Below are positions 31,885 through 40,972 of a stretch of DNA of 64,000 nt, one piece after another. Position numbers and translations under genes: made by a program. Source of the DNA: an uncultured Candidatus Actinomarina sp. (GTDB taxonomy: Bacteria; Actinomycetota; Acidimicrobiia; Actinomarinales; Actinomarinaceae); assembly GCA_902535055.1 (NCBI GenBank), contig CACASI010000001.1, positions 53,427 through 117,426 on the forward strand. Reading direction: 5' to 3'. The notes beneath the pieces were generated by a model. It saw nothing but the letters and a program-made list of their open reading frames with translations. It was not told the origin of the DNA and did no database searches. Every line of letters starts with the position of its first letter. Position 1 is the first letter of the stretch.

Positions 31885-32246
31885 TAAGATACAAAAGTTT
31901 CATACTCCTGATAAGACATTCCTGAATCATCAATTGCATTGACTTTTGCTTTAAACATCCAGCCATCACCGCAAGGATCATTGTTAATTGTTTCTGGTTC
32001 GGTTTCTAGTTGTGAATTGACCTCTGTAATTGTGCAATCCATTGGTGCATATGCTTCTGCAACCGTTTTAGTAGCTTCAACCTCAACAACTGGGGCACCT
32101 TTTTCAAAATTTTGTCCTACTTCAGGAAGAGTAACGTAAACAATATCTCCTAGTTCATTTTGTGCAAAATCTGAAATACCTACAGTTATTACTTCTTCGT
32201 TTATTAAGTACCATTCATGTGTCTCTAAATATTTTATATCTGACAT
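31884..32246 (-). CDS. gcvH: glycine cleavage system H protein
   Basis: 120 aa with the lipoyl-lysine motif (VEVEATKTVAEAYAPMD). Confidence 0.9.
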   Translation of the reverse strand: MSDIKYLETHEWYLINEEVITVGISDFAQNELGDIVYVTLPEVGQNFEKGAPVVEVEATKTVAEAYAPMDCTITEVNSQLETEPETINNDPCGDGWMFKAKVNAIDDSGMSYQEYETFVS

Positions 32247-32252
32247 ATTTAC

Positions 32253-32966
32253 CTACCTCGGTTTTACTGTTGATAGCCCCCCATCAACATGTATAGTCTG
32301 ACCAGTTACCCATTTTGAGTCATCTGATAATAACCATTTTACAACAGGAAGTATATCATTAAAATCTCCTATTTTTGGGATTGGGTACATAGATTTTGAC
32401 ATTTCTCTTGCCTGGTCTGTAGCAAGCAATCTTTGACTCATATTTGAATCCAATAATCCTGGAGCAATCACGTTTACACGTAAATTATCTTTTGCATAGG
32501 AAGCTGCAGCAGATCTTGCCATTCCTTCTAACCCGGCTTTTGCCGCAGCTATTGCTTCATGATTGGATAAGCCTTTGGTGCCTGCAACAGAAGAGAAAAA
32601 TATTGCTGAACCATTTTTCATCCTACGAGCAAATGAACTAAGTAAGTAATAACTAGAAAATAAATTAACTTTAATTACATCTTCAAATTCTTCTATTTTA
32701 GTTCCATGTAAAGGTTTAATTAGTATCGATCCAATACAATTTACTAATCCTTTAATTTCTTTATCATCAGAAACTATCTTGCTAAATTCTCGTTGTTCAA
32801 TCGTATTGTCAAGGTCAATTAAGAAGTATTCCGCATCTATTTCTTTTGAAAGTGCTGATAATTTTTCTTCATCCCTACCAATAATTACTACTTCATTTTC
32901 AGAAGCTAATTCTTTAGATATAGCTGAACCAACAACACCCGTTGCACCAGCGACAATGTAAACCAT
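32253..32966 (-). CDS. SDR-family NAD(P)-dependent oxidoreductase, atypical
   Basis: 237 aa with a GATGxxG Rossmann motif and an SDR-like central Ser. The expected YxxxK reads IxxxK, so the catalytic Tyr is apparently absent. Confidence 0.7.
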   Translation of the reverse strand: MVYIVAGATGVVGSAISKELASENEVVIIGRDEEKLSALSKEIDAEYFLIDLDNTIEQREFSKIVSDDKEIKGLVNCIGSILIKPLHGTKIEEFEDVIKVNLFSSYYLLSSFARRMKNGSAIFFSSVAGTKGLSNHEAIAAAKAGLEGMARSAAASYAKDNLRVNVIAPGLLDSNMSQRLLATDQAREMSKSMYPIPKIGDFNDILPVVKWLLSDDSKWVTGQTIHVDGGLSTVKPR

Positions 32967-32987
32967 GATTAATATTCTATAAGATAT

Positions 32988-34259
32988 TTAAGTAATAGAT
33001 AAAATATTTGAGGATGAAATATTGCCAAACCATTCTGCAGATTTATGAGGGATGCGTTTATACGTTTCTCTATCTACTTCTACTAAGCCAAAATTCATTT
33101 GATAACCAAGATCCCACTCAAAATTATCAAGTAAGGACCAGTACAAGTAACCAATTACATTTGAATTTTCACTCTCAAACTGGTGCACATCTTTAAGTAC
33201 GGTAGTTACAAATTCAATTCTCTCATCGTCATTATCAGTAGCAATACCGTTTTCAGTAATAAAGATTTCTTTATCTGGGAATTTTTTATTAAGCCTCTTT
33301 AGATTGTACAAAACTGCATCAGGTCTGTACTCATATCCCATTTTTGTAGTTCTTGTTTCTTTCGTAATTGCGCCATTCCTACCAGCGAATATTTGAATGA
33401 TTCTTGGTAAAATAAATTTTCTAATTATTCCAATATTGAGTAAAACTGCATTAAATAATTTCAAAAAAATACTCTTTGGATATCTAACAATTGTGTAAGT
33501 TTGTAAACCAATAAAATCATCATCTATCGAGGCTTCAAGAAACTTATCTTCAAGATGATATTTAAGATATTCTTTAAGCTTATTATCATCATCATCTTCC
33601 CATTCTTGTAAAGCATGTGTCATTCCAACTTTTGCATTTGAGTTATATTGTTTTATTGTTTTAAGTGCCTTCTTGTGAGCAGACATAATATTTTCTGATG
33701 CGTTTATAAATTTCGATTCGTTGGCAATTCCAGGTGGAAATTTATTGGTGGAAAAATATCCAAAAAAAGCAAATATTCCTGGTTCGTTTATAGTATTGAA
33801 ATATACAATTTCCTTTGGTAATTTTTGCATTAATTTACCTACATAATTATTAAAGTAATCATCAGCTTTTGGATTTAACCATGAACCTTTGTTATACAAC
33901 CATTCAGGAGTTGTAAAGTGGTGGAATGTAATTATCGGTGTAATATCATTTGATATCAATTTGTTAGCTTTATCAACATAATGATTTATTTCATCATCAT
34001 TGAAAGTTCCTTGTGTTGGTTCTATCCTACTCCATTCAATTGAAAATCTAAATGCTTTAATACCCAAGGTCTTTAAAAGATTGATGTCTTCATCAATCAA
34101 TTCATAATGGTTACAAGCATCATTACATGGCTCTACGCATACAGAATTTTTTTTATTTTCCCAAATAGTCCAGTCATTATTATATATACCACCTTCTACT
34201 TGATATGAAGCAACAGCAGTACCAAAGAGAAATTTATCTGGAAATTTTAATTCACTCAT
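32988..34259 (-). CDS. bglA: GH1 family beta-glucosidase
   Basis: The GH1 N-terminal signature is FLFGTAVASYQVEGG. The acid/base motif is NEP and the nucleophile motif is ITENG. The track ORF has a 38-codon upstream extension; the likely start is MSELKF at 34259, which overlaps the upstream gene by 8 nt. Confidence 0.85.
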   Translation of the reverse strand: MSELKFPDKFLFGTAVASYQVEGGIYNNDWTIWENKKNSVCVEPCNDACNHYELIDEDINLLKTLGIKAFRFSIEWSRIEPTQGTFNDDEINHYVDKANKLISNDITPIITFHHFTTPEWLYNKGSWLNPKADDYFNNYVGKLMQKLPKEIVYFNTINEPGIFAFFGYFSTNKFPPGIANESKFINASENIMSAHKKALKTIKQYNSNAKVGMTHALQEWEDDDDNKLKEYLKYHLEDKFLEASIDDDFIGLQTYTIVRYPKSIFLKLFNAVLLNIGIIRKFILPRIIQIFAGRNGAITKETRTTKMGYEYRPDAVLYNLKRLNKKFPDKEIFITENGIATDNDDERIEFVTTVLKDVHQFESENSNVIGYLYWSLLDNFEWDLGYQMNFGLVEVDRETYKRIPHKSAEWFGNISSSNILSIT

Positions 34260-34617
34260 ATAAATAAATAATATACGCAACACCGATGTAAAAAAACTGT
34301 AAAAGGAGTCTAAAAAAATGCTGAGAATTCGAGAAGTACCTATTACCGTAAGGAAGATCGTTAATCCAAACATTTAAATTACCAATATAGATTAGTACTA
34401 AAAAAATAATCATAAGGATGGCTGCTTCTTTTCTAAATCTAGTAAAAAAGAAAATAGGTAAAACAATTTCTACAACACCAGTAAACATATGAACAAAACG
34501 GGGAAAAGGAATAAAATCAGGAACAATCCTGTCATAGAAAATTGGGTTTATGAAATGATTTATTCCAGCCACAACGAAGAAGCCTACGTAACCTAAAGTA
34601 ATTATCTTTATAACCAA
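34252..34617 (-). CDS. small integral membrane protein, DoxX-like
   Basis: 121 aa with four predicted TM helices. It has tight overlaps with glpK and bglA. Confidence 0.35.
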   Translation of the reverse strand: MVIKIITLGYVGFFVVAGINHFINPIFYDRIVPDFIPFPRFVHMFTGVVEIVLPIFFFTRFRKEAAILMIIFLVLIYIGNLNVWINDLPYGNRYFSNSQHFFRLLLQFFYIGVAYIIYLYE

Positions 34618-36071
34618 TGTTTTGATTTATCTATCGCTTTAAACCAAGATGATAAAAAATTTATTCGCGACTCATTGCTCATATTAGGATTCCATGTTTT
34701 AGATGTAGAAATAAAATCACCTACATTTTCTATATTTAAATTTTCTGAAAATATAAAACTTGCTACACCTGCTCCGAGAGCTGTGATTTCATTAATTTCT
34801 TGAGAAATAATTGTTTTATTTAAAATGTCTGACTGAAATTGCATTAATAAATTATTAGATACCATACCTCCGTCTACTTTTAAATTTTGAAATTCAATAT
34901 CTAAATCTTTTTCCATACTTTGTAGCAATTCAAAACTCTGAAAAGCTACAGATTCCAGTACTGATCTAGCTATATGAGATTTGTTTGAAAATCTTGTTAA
35001 TCCAAATAAAGCACCTCTCGCTGTTTCATCCCAGTGTGGTGAAAATAATCCAGAAAAGGCTGGTACAAAATATACGTCACCATTGTCTTTTTCTTCCATA
35101 GCAAGGGATTCAATTTCATCACTAGATTTGATAATGTTTAGGTTATCCCTTAACCATTGAACCGCAGCACCAGCGATAGGAACTGAACCTTCTAGTGCAT
35201 AAAGAGGATCCTCACCTTCTATTTGATATGCTATAGTCGTCAATAATCCATTATCTGATTGAATGATATCTGTTCCTGTGTTAGTAAGAGCAAAGCATCC
35301 AGTCCCATAAGTATTTTTAACATCACCTTTGCTTGTACAATTTTGACCGAATAATGCTGCCTGTTGATCTCCTAAAATTGCTGTTATAGGGACACCTTTA
35401 ATGACCCCATCAATATCCCCAAAATGAGATAAAGATGGTTTAACCTCAGGAAGAGAATGATTTGGAATGGAAAGTTCATTTAAAATATCATCTGACCATT
35501 CCATGTTGTACAAGTCATATAGAAGTGTTCTTGAAGCATTTGTAACATCGGTATAAAAATTTCCAGTTAAGTTATATACAATCCAACTATCTACTGTTCC
35601 AAAACATACATCGTCAACAAGAGACGAATTAATCTCTTGAACATTCTCAATAAGCCATAATATTTTTGAAAGAGAGAAATATGTTGATACAGGTAAGCCT
35701 GTACATTTAATAAGTTCGGTGAATCTTTTATTCTTTGTCAACTCATCACAGATGCTTTGTGTTCTAGTATCCTGCCAAACAATAGCATTATAAAAGGGTT
35801 TACCTGTTGATTTACTCCAAGCTACTGTTGTTTCTCTTTGGTTTGAAATTCCAATACTTATAATTTCACTAACATCAATATCTTTAACTACATTTTGTAT
35901 GCATTTATTAACTGAATCAATAATCTCAATTGGATCATGTTCAACAGAATTATTATCTGGAAAATACTGTGTTAGCTCAATTTGATGAGAATATGCAATT
36001 GAACCATCATTATTAAATAAGATACTTCTTGTACTTGTAGTGCCTTGATCAATGGATAAAAAGTATTTCAT
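34608..36071 (-). CDS. glpK: glycerol kinase
   Basis: 487 aa FGGY sugar kinase. The N-terminal SIDQGTTSTRS matches the GlpK phosphate-1 motif. The GTGCF and DGG regions are present. Confidence 0.85.
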   Translation of the reverse strand: MKYFLSIDQGTTSTRSILFNNDGSIAYSHQIELTQYFPDNNSVEHDPIEIIDSVNKCIQNVVKDIDVSEIISIGISNQRETTVAWSKSTGKPFYNAIVWQDTRTQSICDELTKNKRFTELIKCTGLPVSTYFSLSKILWLIENVQEINSSLVDDVCFGTVDSWIVYNLTGNFYTDVTNASRTLLYDLYNMEWSDDILNELSIPNHSLPEVKPSLSHFGDIDGVIKGVPITAILGDQQAALFGQNCTSKGDVKNTYGTGCFALTNTGTDIIQSDNGLLTTIAYQIEGEDPLYALEGSVPIAGAAVQWLRDNLNIIKSSDEIESLAMEEKDNGDVYFVPAFSGLFSPHWDETARGALFGLTRFSNKSHIARSVLESVAFQSFELLQSMEKDLDIEFQNLKVDGGMVSNNLLMQFQSDILNKTIISQEINEITALGAGVASFIFSENLNIENVGDFISTSKTWNPNMSNESRINFLSSWFKAIDKSKHWL

Positions 36072-36093
36072 ATATAAATAATAACTATTTTTA

Positions 36094-36615
36094 TTAAGAT
36101 AAGGCTTTAATGTTCAGAGTTCTAAAAGCTTTATAATCATTATTTGTATTTTGAACAAATTGAAGATAATCAATATTTAAATTTTCTTCAAAAGTAATAA
36201 ATATACTTTCTTCAATACAATTAAAAGTTTTTGAAATAATCTGTATAGGTTCTTGATAATATTGTTTTGAATAGTTTTCACTCTGAGCTTTATTTAAAAT
36301 TTTGAGTCCATTTGATACAGTAATTTCACTAATACGAATCCTTACAAATTTTCCTGAACTCTTTAATGAGCCAAAAATATAGATCTCATCAAATTTACAA
36401 AAACGTTGTTCAGGAGATTCATAAATTTCGAGTATATGAATTTCTAAATTTTTAATATCAAATATGTTTAAATTTAGTTTTGTAGACCCTGATTCATTTA
36501 AATAGTAATTACCTAAATCAGTAGCTTTTGAGTCTTTAGGAATGTTCAAAACAATTAATAAGATTACGAAAAGAAAAATAACTAAATTAGTATGTTTTGG
36601 TTTCCTGTAAGCCAC
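36094..36615 (-). CDS. hypothetical secreted/anchored protein
   Basis: 173 aa with an N-terminal hydrophobic signal/anchor and no recognisable domain. Confidence 0.35.
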   Translation of the reverse strand: MAYRKPKHTNLVIFLFVILLIVLNIPKDSKATDLGNYYLNESGSTKLNLNIFDIKNLEIHILEIYESPEQRFCKFDEIYIFGSLKSSGKFVRIRISEITVSNGLKILNKAQSENYSKQYYQEPIQIISKTFNCIEESIFITFEENLNIDYLQFVQNTNNDYKAFRTLNIKALS

Positions 36616-36875
36616 TAAATGCCCATGACAGCACCAAATGGACCTATTACTGTCCCAACAAGTGCTCCATAGATAAACCCATAAATAAGGCCCTTTCTTA
36701 AATATTTAATTGTCTCAATTTTAAAAAGTTCTTTTCCGTATTCAGTAATCTCAAATTCTTTTCTATATTTATCATTTAGAATATGTTTCATTACTGGATA
36801 CATATAAAAAATTGTTGAAAGTCCAATACCGGATAGAAATCCTTGTAATAATCTTGTTGTGACATATTCAAACAT
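36615..36875 (-). CDS. small membrane protein
   Basis: 86 aa with two TM helices and a 1-nt overlap with the downstream gene. Confidence 0.3.
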   Translation of the reverse strand: MFEYVTTRLLQGFLSGIGLSTIFYMYPVMKHILNDKYRKEFEITEYGKELFKIETIKYLRKGLIYGFIYGALVGTVIGPFGAVMGI

Positions 36876-36929
36876 TATTAAAAATCTAGTTGTATTATCA
36901 AATAAACATGCACCGTTTTAAAATTTTTT

Positions 36930-37676
36930 ATGGATATTTCTCAAGATACTAATACCGTATATTTGTTTCTTTTTACTATATCAATAATTGCATCATTTAT
37001 TGATTCTATAGCTGGAGGTGGAGGTTTATTGACTACTCCGTCGATGCTAATTGTAGGTATCAGTCCCCTCACAGTTCTTGGTACAAATAAATTTCAATCA
37101 TCATTCAGCACATTTACTTCAGCACGTAATTATTTTATTAATGGATATCTAACTGATATAAACAAAAACAAATATTTTATCTTATCTTTTATAGGCTCTT
37201 CTTTGGGAACGTTAATGGTAAGTAGGCTTTCTGATGAAATTCTTCGTAAATTAATTCCAATACTTTTGATATCAGTTGCAATCTTCTTTATCCTAAATAA
37301 ACAAGTAAAAAGTGATCTAAGTAATTATGTAGTGTTGCTAACACCACTAATTTTTCTTATTGGGTTTTATGACGGTTTTTTCGGGCCTGGAACAGGATCA
37401 TTTTTTGTAATGTTATTTATTGTTTTTAAAAATCAAACATTACTTGAATCAACAGCAACATCAAAACTATTGAATTTTGCATCAAATTTTGCAGCTTTCA
37501 TAATTTTTGCATTACAGGGATATGTAATGTGGGAACTTGGAATAATAATGGCTCTTGGTGGAATTACAGGTGCCTATTTAGGATCAAAATCTGCAATAAA
37601 AGTTGGTGATAAATTAATTAGGCCAATACTGGTGGTTGTATCAATATTATTATCTTTAAGAATACTTTTCAGCTGA
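36930..37676 (+). CDS. TauE/SafE (TSUP) family sulfite/anion exporter
   Basis: 248 aa with eight TM helices and the Gly-rich motif near the N-terminus (AGGGGLLTTP), repeated in the second half. Confidence 0.8.
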   Translation: MDISQDTNTVYLFLFTISIIASFIDSIAGGGGLLTTPSMLIVGISPLTVLGTNKFQSSFSTFTSARNYFINGYLTDINKNKYFILSFIGSSLGTLMVSRLSDEILRKLIPILLISVAIFFILNKQVKSDLSNYVVLLTPLIFLIGFYDGFFGPGTGSFFVMLFIVFKNQTLLESTATSKLLNFASNFAAFIIFALQGYVMWELGIIMALGGITGAYLGSKSAIKVGDKLIRPILVVVSILLSLRILFS

Positions 37677-37701
37677 CATCAATTGATTCTAAAATGTATC
37701 T

Positions 37702-38526
37702 ATGAAAAGAATTTATACATACGGTCATCAACATGTTGAAAGAAATATCACCATTGCCGATATTATTGCAAATAAAAAAAATAAAATAAAAATGACACAA
37801 GTTACTGCTCAAAACAGAGAAGAAGCTGAAATATTATCTGATCAAAATATAGATATGATCATCACAGGTAGTGACACATATGAAGATGTAAGACAGGGTG
37901 CTCCAAATACATTTATAACTGCCGCATTATTTGCAGGTAGATTTGTAACAAAAGATGATATTTTGAAAGGGGCTATTGATGTTGCAATGAAAGGAGCGGA
38001 CTCTGTATTAACTCCTAGAAGTCCTGAAATAGTTGAAATGCTTGCTGGTGAAGGATTACATGTACAAGGACATGTTGGTATGGTTCCTTCAAATGCAACA
38101 TTATTTGGAGGGATAAGAACTGTTGGCAAAACTGCTAAAGAAGCATTAAATATTTTAAAAGAGTTAAAAGAGTTAGAAAATGCAGGTGCATTTGGGGCTG
38201 AAGTTGAATGTGTTGCTGAAGATGCACTAGTTGAAATAAGTAAACATACTAATCTCGTACTTAATTCTCTTGGAGCTGGATCTGGTGGTGATGTAATATT
38301 TCTATTCTTTGAAGATATTTGTGGTGAAACAAAAAATATTAAAATGCCAAGACATGCAAAATCATGGGGCAATGGAAATAAAATTTTAGAACAATTGAAC
38401 GAAGAAAGATCAAAAGCTATAAGAAATTTCAAAAGTGATGTTGATAGTAGTAAATTCCCAAACCATGAACATACAATATCGATGAACGATGGTGAGCTTG
38501 ATCTTTTAATTAATGAACTCAAATAA
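37702..38526 (+). CDS. ketopantoate hydroxymethyltransferase (PanB) family protein
   Basis: 274 aa. The central region VQGHVGMVPSNATLFGGIRTVGKTAKEA...AGAFGAEVECVAE...LGAGSGGDVIFLFFEDICG aligns with the PanB (PEP mutase/ICL superfamily) core. The N-terminus is divergent. Confidence 0.5.
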   Translation: MKRIYTYGHQHVERNITIADIIANKKNKIKMTQVTAQNREEAEILSDQNIDMIITGSDTYEDVRQGAPNTFITAALFAGRFVTKDDILKGAIDVAMKGADSVLTPRSPEIVEMLAGEGLHVQGHVGMVPSNATLFGGIRTVGKTAKEALNILKELKELENAGAFGAEVECVAEDALVEISKHTNLVLNSLGAGSGGDVIFLFFEDICGETKNIKMPRHAKSWGNGNKILEQLNEERSKAIRNFKSDVDSSKFPNHEHTISMNDGELDLLINELK

Positions 38527-38667
38527 TATGTCAACAATAATGAAAAGATTTTTTCTATTTTTTGGTTTTCACAGATCGTATGGAAGAATATGGATTACTA
38601 AGAGATTTGAAAAAGTTCTTTGGGGATCCTTCATTGCTCTTTCGTTTTATAATTATCTGAGTAATTA

Positions 38668-40197
38668 ATGTCTAATATCGTTGTATCTCCACATAATCTT
38701 TCAACAAGGGCTGGAATAGAAATTCTCAGACAAGGAGGAAATGCAATTGATGCTGCAATTGCAACAAATATTGTTCAAGGCGTAGTTGCACCAGAAACAT
38801 GTGGAATTGGAGGTGACTTGTTTGCTTTGATATGGATAAATGGTGAAACTAAACCATTCTGTCTAGATTCATCTGGTTATGCAGGATCTAATGTAGATAT
38901 ATTAAGTTTAAGTTCATACAGCGACATTCCTTTAGATCATCCAATGTCGGTAACAGTACCAGGAGCTGTTCGTGGTTGGTATGCAATGCATGAACGATTT
39001 GGGAGTTTAGAAATCAATCATTTATTTCGCCAAGCTATAGAAATATGCAAAAAAGGATTTAAAGTGTCTACAGAGCTACATCAATCCTTAAAGAATCATG
39101 AAGAAACATTAAAAATACAAGATTCAGGGAAGGAATTATATCCTTCTGGTCAAGCTCCCGATGTTGGTGACACTATTCAAAGAACTTTATTAGCTAATAC
39201 TTTAGAAAGTATATCTTTAGAGGGTCCAGATTATTTTTATACAGGTGAAGTTAATGAGGCCATTTCAGAAGCTTTGCTTAATACCATTACAAAAGATGAT
39301 ATAAGCAGTTTTAACTCTCAATGGATTGAACCTTTATCAATAGAAATGTATGGAAAAATTGGTTGGGTTACTCCCCCTCATACTCAAAGCTATCTTACGT
39401 TAGCTACGTTAAAAATATATGAAATATTAGATGGTGACTCTAATGACATTGATTTGCACACTTTGATTGAATCATACAGAGCAGCAGCATCCCAACGTGA
39501 TGATATAACATATGATTACGGAAATAATATTGATTTATTTCCAGGTTTAAATACTGAATATTTAAAATCTTTGTCTAATTTAATTGATTTAGATAATACA
39601 TCAATATTTAATCAACCTGCTGATATTGGTGGTGGCACAGCGTATATGTGCACAAAGGACAGTGAAGGGAATGCTGTATCCCTAATTCAATCTAATTATT
39701 ACGGTATTGGAAGCACAATTGGTGTAGGAGATTATGGTTTTTTTCTACACAACAGAGGAGCTGGTTTTAATTTATTACACAATCATCCAAATTCATTAAA
39801 GCCAGGAAGAAAGCCACTTCATACATTATCTCCAACTATGTGGAGTGTAGATGGGAATCTAGATATGGTCATAGGTACAAGAGGTGGAAGGTACCAACCA
39901 CAGCTACTGAGTCATTTTATTCTAAAAGTACTTAAAAATGAAAATTTAGAGAGTGCAATGACATCTCCTAGATGGAATATTGATGAATTTGGAAAAAAAT
40001 CATTATCGGAAATAAATATTGAACCTGGGCTTGATAAGAAAATTATTGATGAATTAATTAACAAAGGACATAAAGTTAATCAACTTGCAGAATTACAAAA
40101 TAGCTATGGACCTATATCAGCAATTGTAAAAACTGAAGATAATTGGAAAGCTTCACATGATCTAAGAGTTGATACATCTAGTTCTATAATTGAGTAA
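38668..40197 (+). CDS. ggt: gamma-glutamyltransferase family protein
   Basis: 509 aa Ntn-hydrolase. The autoprocessing/nucleophile region is GGGTAYM...GNAVSLIQSNYYGIGS (cf. GTTHFSVVD.GNAVS.T.SI..FGS). Confidence 0.8.
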   Translation: MSNIVVSPHNLSTRAGIEILRQGGNAIDAAIATNIVQGVVAPETCGIGGDLFALIWINGETKPFCLDSSGYAGSNVDILSLSSYSDIPLDHPMSVTVPGAVRGWYAMHERFGSLEINHLFRQAIEICKKGFKVSTELHQSLKNHEETLKIQDSGKELYPSGQAPDVGDTIQRTLLANTLESISLEGPDYFYTGEVNEAISEALLNTITKDDISSFNSQWIEPLSIEMYGKIGWVTPPHTQSYLTLATLKIYEILDGDSNDIDLHTLIESYRAAASQRDDITYDYGNNIDLFPGLNTEYLKSLSNLIDLDNTSIFNQPADIGGGTAYMCTKDSEGNAVSLIQSNYYGIGSTIGVGDYGFFLHNRGAGFNLLHNHPNSLKPGRKPLHTLSPTMWSVDGNLDMVIGTRGGRYQPQLLSHFILKVLKNENLESAMTSPRWNIDEFGKKSLSEINIEPGLDKKIIDELINKGHKVNQLAELQNSYGPISAIVKTEDNWKASHDLRVDTSSSIIE

Positions 40198-40212
40198 ACA
40201 AAAAGGAGAAAA

Positions 40213-40587
40213 ATGCAATTACATAATAACAGTGGAAATATAACAGTAATTATTGATGTGTCATTCGATGACAGAGAAATGTTTATGGATTTCATATTAA
40301 ATGAACAATGCCAGTTTATTGATAGCGTAGATCCTGAAGGATTGATTAAGTTTGAATGGTTTCTTGATGAAGTTTCCAACACAGGAACTTTGGTTGAGGT
40401 TTTTGAAAAATCAGATAATTTTCAGGGGTTAGCTGGAAAAGTAATGGGAACACCGGTTAATTTGAAATTTCGTGAAATAGCAAATATTGAAAAAATGACA
40501 GTTCTTGGTGATGTATCAGATGAGTTGATGGAAAACCTTGCACCGATGAATCCAGTATCAAAAAGATACAAAGGTGGGCTTAGTTAG
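40213..40587 (+). CDS. hypothetical small protein (possible ABM/Dabb-like fold)
   Basis: 124 aa with no strong motif. Confidence 0.3.
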   Translation: MQLHNNSGNITVIIDVSFDDREMFMDFILNEQCQFIDSVDPEGLIKFEWFLDEVSNTGTLVEVFEKSDNFQGLAGKVMGTPVNLKFREIANIEKMTVLGDVSDELMENLAPMNPVSKRYKGGLS

Positions 40588-40843
40588 TTTTTGATTTCTC
40601 TTTAACAATTAAAAATAAGATTAAACCAGTAAAAAAAGTAGTGAGGAAATTAGTAACTACCAAAGGAACGTCAGATAATACTATTCCATAACTAAACCAA
40701 GATAGTGAACCAAGAAACAAGAATAAATAAGTAAGAGCAGATAACCCATTTACTTCACGTGTTTTTAAAGTTTTAATTGCTTGTGGCAAAAAAGATACAA
40801 CAGTAAAAAATACTGCAAAATAGCCAATGAATAGAAGATTCAT
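40580..40843 (-). CDS. SemiSWEET / PQ-loop family sugar transporter
   Basis: 87 aa with three TM helices and the PQ motif in TM1 (LPQAIKTLKTREVNGLS), as in bacterial SemiSWEETs. Confidence 0.6.
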   Translation of the reverse strand: MNLLFIGYFAVFFTVVSFLPQAIKTLKTREVNGLSALTYLFLFLGSLSWFSYGIVLSDVPLVVTNFLTTFFTGLILFLIVKEKSKTN

Positions 40844-40870
40844 TTTTATAGTTTATATGAGACTAAATAA

Positions 40871-40898
40871 AAAAGAGTCCAGTTTCCTGAACTCTTTT
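40871..40898 (-). terminator. intrinsic terminator downstream of 40973..42124
   Basis: AAAAGAGT ... ACTCTTTT 8-bp stem flanked by an A-run and a T-run, so it is symmetric and could terminate in both directions. Confidence 0.55.
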
Positions 40899-40972
40899 TT
40901 GAGGTAACAGGCTTATTACCTAATCAAATATTACACTAAATTTTTTAAAATTAGGACAAAAATTTCTAAAAT

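Noticed and set aside
32253-32966. An SDR lacking the catalytic Tyr (IxxxK instead of YxxxK) as a possible pseudo-enzyme
   Set aside because: My by-eye alignment of the YxxxK region could be off by a few residues. Atypical SDRs vary here. I have not raised it as a finding without a proper alignment.
32988-34373. Long N-terminal extensions in the track ORFs for the GH1 glucosidase, the pimA-like gene, the acyltransferase, the cupin gene and 55040..56212
   Set aside because: The extensions overlap neighbouring genes by 50-130 nt and lack similarity to the families concerned. Internal ATGs give canonical N-termini, for example MSELKFPDKFLFGTA for GH1, with the 1-8 nt overlaps typical of this genome.
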